From contig JAJXRJ010000006.1 in NCBI GenBank assembly GCA_021629085.1, positions 6,660-70,659 on the forward strand: DNA of 64,000 nt, given 5' to 3'. The DNA comes from Oscillospiraceae bacterium (lineage in GTDB: Bacteria > Bacillota > Clostridia > UMGS1810). The notes below the pieces were generated by a model that made no database searches, was not told where the DNA came from, and worked only from the letters and a program-made list of their open reading frames with translations. Positions 60,169 to 64,000 of this stretch are shown piece after piece. The position numbers were made by a program, and so were the translations under genes. Each line of letters opens with the position of its first letter. Position 1 is the first letter of the stretch.

Positions 60169-61211
60169 AACAGGTTCTCCTCTTTTGGCAGCTTGAGCAG
60201 CGCCGCCTTCCCAATTTTTTCCAATATCACATACGAAATGGTGTTGGTGCCGCTCTTTTTGTCCAGCGCCAAAATGGGTTCTCCCTCTGCGCGCGGCACT
60301 GCACAGCCGCCTGTGTCGTCCGGCAGGCCGTATTTTTTGAGCACTGCCAAAAGTGCATCCAGCGTGCCCGGCGCGGTGCGGCCCATAGCTTCGGTGACAC
60401 GGGTGATGCGCGCCATACCTGCCGCCACTGCCTGCCCGTGGGAGTAGGTTTGATAGTTGCAATAGCGCTCCAGCACGTGGCCATAGGTGTGCCCGAAGTT
60501 TAAGAGCATGCGCTTGCCTGTGTCAAATTCGTCCGCTTCCACCGCCTGCCGTTTTAAATCCACACAGCAAAAAATCACTTCGTCCAGCTGTTTGCGGACG
60601 TCCTCTTTTAACAGCCGGCCAAATAGCTTTGCGTCATAAATTGCGCCGTATTTAATCACTTCCGCCATGCCGCACGCAAATTCCTCTTTTGGCAGCGTGC
60701 CAAGAAGGAGCGGGTCAATGAGCACCCGGCAGGGCGCGTAAAAGGAACCCACTAAATTTTTCCCTTCCGGCAGGTCAATGGCGGTTTTTCCGCCCACGCT
60801 GCTGTCCACCTGGGAGAGCAGCGTGGTGGGAATCCCAATGTATTTGACGCCCCGCAGATAGATGGAGGCCGCAAACGCGGTGATATCGCCGCAAACGCCG
60901 CCGCCAAACGCTGCAACGTAGTCCTTCCTGGAAAGCTTTGCAGCGGCAAACGCCGATAGGATGCGGAACAGCCACGCCTCGCACTTGGTGGGCTCGCCGG
61001 GGGGCAGCAGCAGGGTCTTATAGCGCACGTTTGCGGCGGCAAGCTCGTTTTGCAGGCGTTTCCCGTGATGGGCATAGGCGGTTTGGTCCGCCACCAAAAA
61101 GAGGGTTGCATCCCCCACCACGCGTTTGATTTCACTGCCCGCCCGCAGCAGCAGGCCGTTTTCCACGGTAATGTTATATGCGCCGTTTGACGCCTTCACC
61201 GTAAGCTCCAC
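60156..61211 (-). CDS. aroB: 3-dehydroquinate synthase
   Basis: 351 aa (FGGGVCGDITAFAASIY.RG, PTTLLSQVDSSVGGKT, HTYGHVLE). Confidence 0.93.
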   Translation of the reverse strand: MELTVKASNGAYNITVENGLLLRAGSEIKRVVGDATLFLVADQTAYAHHGKRLQNELAAANVRYKTLLLPPGEPTKCEAWLFRILSAFAAAKLSRKDYVAAFGGGVCGDITAFAASIYLRGVKYIGIPTTLLSQVDSSVGGKTAIDLPEGKNLVGSFYAPCRVLIDPLLLGTLPKEEFACGMAEVIKYGAIYDAKLFGRLLKEDVRKQLDEVIFCCVDLKRQAVEADEFDTGKRMLLNFGHTYGHVLERYCNYQTYSHGQAVAAGMARITRVTEAMGRTAPGTLDALLAVLKKYGLPDDTGGCAVPRAEGEPILALDKKSGTNTISYVILEKIGKAALLKLPKEENLLWKL

Positions 61212-61230
61212 TTAAAAACCCCTCCTAACA

Positions 61231-62247
61231 TCAACCCAGCGTCTTTTCTTCCAGTGCGAGAAGCGCTTTCACCGACTGCATCAAATGGTCAAACCGCTCG
61301 GGCTTGATGGACTCCTCGCCGTCGCACAGCGCGGTTTCGGGACTATTGTGTACTTCTACCATCATGCCGTCCGCGCCCGACACCGCGGCGCACTTCGCCA
61401 TGGGCTCCACCAGCCGCCAGCTCCCGGTGGCGTGGCTGGGATCCACAATCACAGGAAGATGTGTGAGCCGCTTTAACACCGGCACCGCGCTCAAATCCAG
61501 GGTGTTTCTGGTTTGGGTTTCAAAGGTGCGGATGCCGCGTTCGCACAAAATCACCGCTTCGTTGCCCTCGCTCATGATGTATTCCGCCGCCATAAGCAGC
61601 TCTTCAATGGTGGCTGAAAGGCCGCGTTTTAAAAGGATGGGCTTGTCAACCTTGCCCACTGCCTTTAAAAGCTCAAAATTTTGCATGTTGCGCGCGCCCA
61701 CCTGGATGATGTCGGTGTATTTGCAAATGGTGTCCAGCGCGTCACAGCTCATCACCTCGGTCACAATGGGCAGCCCCGTGGCGTTTCTCGCCTTGGCCAA
61801 AAGCTTTAAGCCATCCAGTCCCATGCCCTGGAACGAATAGGGCGAGGTGCGGGGCTTGAACGCGCCGCCGCGCAATATGGTTGCGCCGCTCTGCTTGACC
61901 GCGCGCGCAATGCCCACCACCTGCTCTTCACTCTCCACCGAGCACGGCCCGGCCATCACGGCAAAGTGCCCGCCGCCAATTTTGGTGCCGCACACATCCA
62001 CCACCGTGTCGTCGGGGTGGAACATCCGGCCGGCCATTTTATAGGGGGAGGACACGCGCAGCACTTTTTCCACGCCGGCCAGGTTTGCAAGCGTGTTTTC
62101 GTTGATACTGCCCACGTCGCCAATCAGCCCCAATACCGTCTGCTGGGTGCCGTAGCAGGGGTGGATTTCCACGCCCTGGGCGGTGATCACTTCTTCAATT
62201 TTTGCATATTGCTCCTCAGTGTAGCCTTGTTTTAAAATGACAATCAC
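61231..62247 (-). CDS. aroF: 3-deoxy-7-phosphoheptulonate (DAHP) synthase, type I-beta
   Basis: 338 aa, GTG start with an AGGAGG Shine-Dalgarno sequence. N-terminal ferredoxin-like extension (MIVILKQGY...) and a KDO8PS-like core (AGPCSVES, RGGAFKPRTSPYSFQG, DPSH). Confidence 0.9.
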   Translation of the reverse strand: MIVILKQGYTEEQYAKIEEVITAQGVEIHPCYGTQQTVLGLIGDVGSINENTLANLAGVEKVLRVSSPYKMAGRMFHPDDTVVDVCGTKIGGGHFAVMAGPCSVESEEQVVGIARAVKQSGATILRGGAFKPRTSPYSFQGMGLDGLKLLAKARNATGLPIVTEVMSCDALDTICKYTDIIQVGARNMQNFELLKAVGKVDKPILLKRGLSATIEELLMAAEYIMSEGNEAVILCERGIRTFETQTRNTLDLSAVPVLKRLTHLPVIVDPSHATGSWRLVEPMAKCAAVSGADGMMVEVHNSPETALCDGEESIKPERFDHLMQSVKALLALEEKTLG

Positions 62248-62282
62248 TAAAAAAACCTCCTGCGATTTTATGAAAATAAAAA

Positions 62283-62311
62283 ACGGAATCCATTTTGTAA
62301 ATGATTTCCGT
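62283..62311 (-). terminator. Leader terminator hairpin upstream of aroF
   Basis: The minus strand reads ACGGAAAUC-AUUUACAAAAU-GGAUUCCGU followed by UUUUUAUUUU, 35 nt upstream of the aroF GTG. Confidence 0.55.
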
Positions 62312-62496
62312 CATTTTTCCGATACGTTTCACTGCAAAAACAGCGCGCAAAGCTCAGCACTCATTTACAATTGAATTTTTCCATGCATAATAGCCCAGGC
62401 CAAACAGGTCTAGGCTGTTAATAAAGAAAAATTGTACGTTGAATGCCGGTTTTCGCATGCGGATTGGTTCCCTTCCGTTTCAATTGTGAAATACTT
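62312..62496 (-). promoter_or_regulatory. Structured 5' leader of the aro operon (unclassified riboswitch/attenuator candidate)
   Basis: 13-bp closing helix: 62492-62479 pairs with 62375-62363, with one bulged C. Internal hairpin at 62416-62392. A 10-nt segment (62370-62361) is perfectly complementary to 62304-62295 inside the terminator. Confidence 0.45.
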
Positions 62497-62502
62497 TTTT
62501 CC

Positions 62503-62531
62503 ATTATAAAGCACAAAGGTCAATTTGTCAA
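62503..62531 (-). promoter_or_regulatory. Perfect consensus sigma-A promoter of the aro operon
   Basis: Minus strand: TTGACA (62531-62526, inside the last codons of thrC), exactly 17 nt, TATAAT (62508-62503). Confidence 0.7.
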
Positions 62532-64000
62532 GAAATTTTTTGTCGCGAAAAACAGCTGGTCTTTTTCGTAAGCTGCATCAAAACGGGCAGGCTTTTGTTT
62601 TAAGTCTTTTAATGCCGCGGGGATGGGTTGGCCGCTCACCTTTTCCAACCGGTCCAAAAGCGCAAATTCGTCTGCATCCAATGCCGCTTCCGGCCCGGCA
62701 ATGGCGGTGAGCACACTCTCGTTAAATTTATATGGATTGGCGGTGGAGGCGATGATGGTTTTGGTTTTGTCGCCCGTTTCATCCACATAGCGGTCGTAGA
62801 CAAATTTGGCCACCGCGGTGTGCGTATCCATCAGATACGCGTCTGATGTAAAGGTATTTGCGATTGCCGCCTTTGTCTCTTGGTCGGTGGCAAAGCCGGC
62901 ATAGAATGTGCTGTTAAGCGCTTGCTTTATTGTTTGCGGCACCGTGTAGCGCCCGGTTGCCTTTAGCTGCTCCATCAAGCCGCGCACCAGCTTGTCGTCC
63001 CGCCCGGATGCCAAAAACAAAAACCGCTCCAAATTGCTGGAGATGAGAATGTCCATAGACGGCGAGATGGTGGTGAAAAATGTGCGGTTTTTATCATACA
63101 CCCCGGTGTTTATAAAGTCGGTCAGCACGTTATTTTGGTTGGACGCGCAAATGAGCTTGTGTACGGGAAGGCCCATCTGTTTGGCGTAATAGGCCGCCAA
63201 AATGTTGCCGAAATTCCCGGTGGGCACCACAATGTTCACCGCTTCGCCGGATGCGATTTCGCCGTTTCTGAAAAGGTCGGCATAGGCGGCGATGTAATAG
63301 ACGATTTGCGGCGCCAGCCTGCCCCAGTTGATGGAGTTGGCGGACGAAAACAGGCAGTTTGCCTTTGCGGCCTCTTTGGCGCAGTCGGGATTCCCAAAAA
63401 TCTGCTTCACGCCGGTTTGCGCGTCGTCAAAGTTGCCGCGCACCGCCGCCACGCCCACATTGGCCCCCTCCTGGGTGGTCATTTGCAGCTTTTGAATGGC
63501 AGAAACCCCGTCTTTTGGGTAAAACACCAAAATTTTGGTGCCCGGCACATCGGAAAAGCCCGCCAGCGCGGCCTTGCCTGTGTCGCCTGACGTGGCGACC
63601 AAAATGAGGATATCCTTTTTCTCGCCCGATTTTTTTACCGCGCGGGTGAGCAGATGGGGCAAAATCTGCAGCGCCATATCTTTAAACGCGCAGGTCGGCC
63701 CGTGCCACAGCTCCAGCACATAGGCCGTATCATTGAGCTTATAGACCGGGGCCACCGAATCTGAGCCGAATTTTTCTTTGGAATACGCACTGTCTGCGCA
63801 GTCTTGCAGCTCGTCGTAGGAATAGTCGGTCAAATACATGCTCAGGATGCGCGCTGCAAGGACGCTGTAGGGCATTTTTGCGAGCTCTGGAAAGTCGGCT
63901 GTGCGCAGCTTTGGGATTTCACAGGGCACAAACAGCCCGCCGTCCGGCGCAATGCCGGTCATAATCGCATGCGCGGAGGAAACGCGCAAATCTTTGTTCC
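62520..64000 (-). CDS. thrC: Threonine synthase (5' end outside window)
   Basis: PLP-dependent ThrC sequence (GGLFVP, CAFKDMALQ, ATSGDTGKA). The frame stays open upstream of the ORF-track TTG start (..NKDLRVSSAHAIM..), so a few N-terminal codons lie beyond base 64000. Confidence 0.9.
   Translation of the reverse strand, partial: NKDLRVSSAHAIMTGIAPDGGLFVPCEIPKLRTADFPELAKMPYSVLAARILSMYLTDYSYDELQDCADSAYSKEKFGSDSVAPVYKLNDTAYVLELWHGPTCAFKDMALQILPHLLTRAVKKSGEKKDILILVATSGDTGKAALAGFSDVPGTKILVFYPKDGVSAIQKLQMTTQEGANVGVAAVRGNFDDAQTGVKQIFGNPDCAKEAAKANCLFSSANSINWGRLAPQIVYYIAAYADLFRNGEIASGEAVNIVVPTGNFGNILAAYYAKQMGLPVHKLICASNQNNVLTDFINTGVYDKNRTFFTTISPSMDILISSNLERFLFLASGRDDKLVRGLMEQLKATGRYTVPQTIKQALNSTFYAGFATDQETKAAIANTFTSDAYLMDTHTAVAKFVYDRYVDETGDKTKTIIASTANPYKFNESVLTAIAGPEAALDADEFALLDRLEKVSGQPIPAALKDLKQKPARFDAAYEKDQLFFATKNFLTN

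Noticed and set aside
62420-62504. Possible 28-codon leader peptide in the aro leader (MEKSISQLKRKGTNPHAKTGIQRTIFLY), ending in Phe-Leu-Tyr.
   Set aside because: Its ATG (62504-62502) overlaps the -10 hexamer of the only good promoter, so it would lie upstream of the transcription start. There is no Shine-Dalgarno sequence and no run of aromatic codons.
62248-62519. T-box riboswitch upstream of aroF.
   Set aside because: No T-box sequence (AAnnnGGGUGGUACCGCG-like) and no recognisable AG-bulge/distal-loop/F-box blocks were found when reading the minus strand. The leader is therefore treated as unclassified.

Overview
This window is the chromosomal replication-origin region of a moderately GC-rich Firmicute. 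Gene content and order look Clostridia-like, but the species cannot be named from sequence alone.

Minus-strand block, about 30.1 to 16.1 kb: dnaA is flanked by two DnaA-box clusters. It is followed by an extra PHP-family gene, then dnaN, yaaA, recF, a DUF370 gene, gyrB, gyrA, a thioesterase gene, parA and parB bracketed by two parS sites, a small membrane protein gene and serS.

Plus-strand block, about 30.4 to 43.4 kb: tRNA-Arg(CCU), a very AT-rich islet with a small XRE regulator, eda, recA, recX, rimO, pgsA, lepA, hemW, a CIRCE operator, then hrcA, grpE, dnaK and dnaJ.

Left arm (0 to 16 kb):
- a partial GH1 beta-glucosidase gene
- an XRE-cupin regulator / acyl-CoA synthetase / GNAT cassette
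- a phosphofructokinase with PPi-type residues
- a TPP-riboswitch-controlled thiD-thiC-thiM-thiE operon
- a purine permease and phosphoribosyltransferase pair
- the glmS ribozyme and glmS
- an SLH-GH18 wall hydrolase

Right arm (43 to 64 kb):
- FMN riboswitch and ribU
- kdgK, a membrane protein gene and rsmE
- an orphan 632-aa secreted protein
- argC, argB and a divergent FMN-dehydrogenase-like gene
- a tightly coupled ten-gene operon aroF-aroB-aroA-aroC-pheA-aroE-aroQ-aroK-leuA-cimA
- a partial thrC

I found no rRNA genes, CRISPR arrays, IS elements or transposases, and no recognisable defence systems.

The observations most worth follow-up:
1. An unclassified ~250-nt structured leader in front of the shikimate operon, downstream of a perfect consensus promoter. 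It shows mutually exclusive P1 / antiterminator / terminator pairings.
2. An AT-rich PHP phosphoesterase gene inserted between oriC and dnaN, overlapping the dnaN start.
3. The AT-rich XRE islet next to tRNA-Arg.

All coordinates, motifs and pairings were read by hand. No database search or folding program was run.
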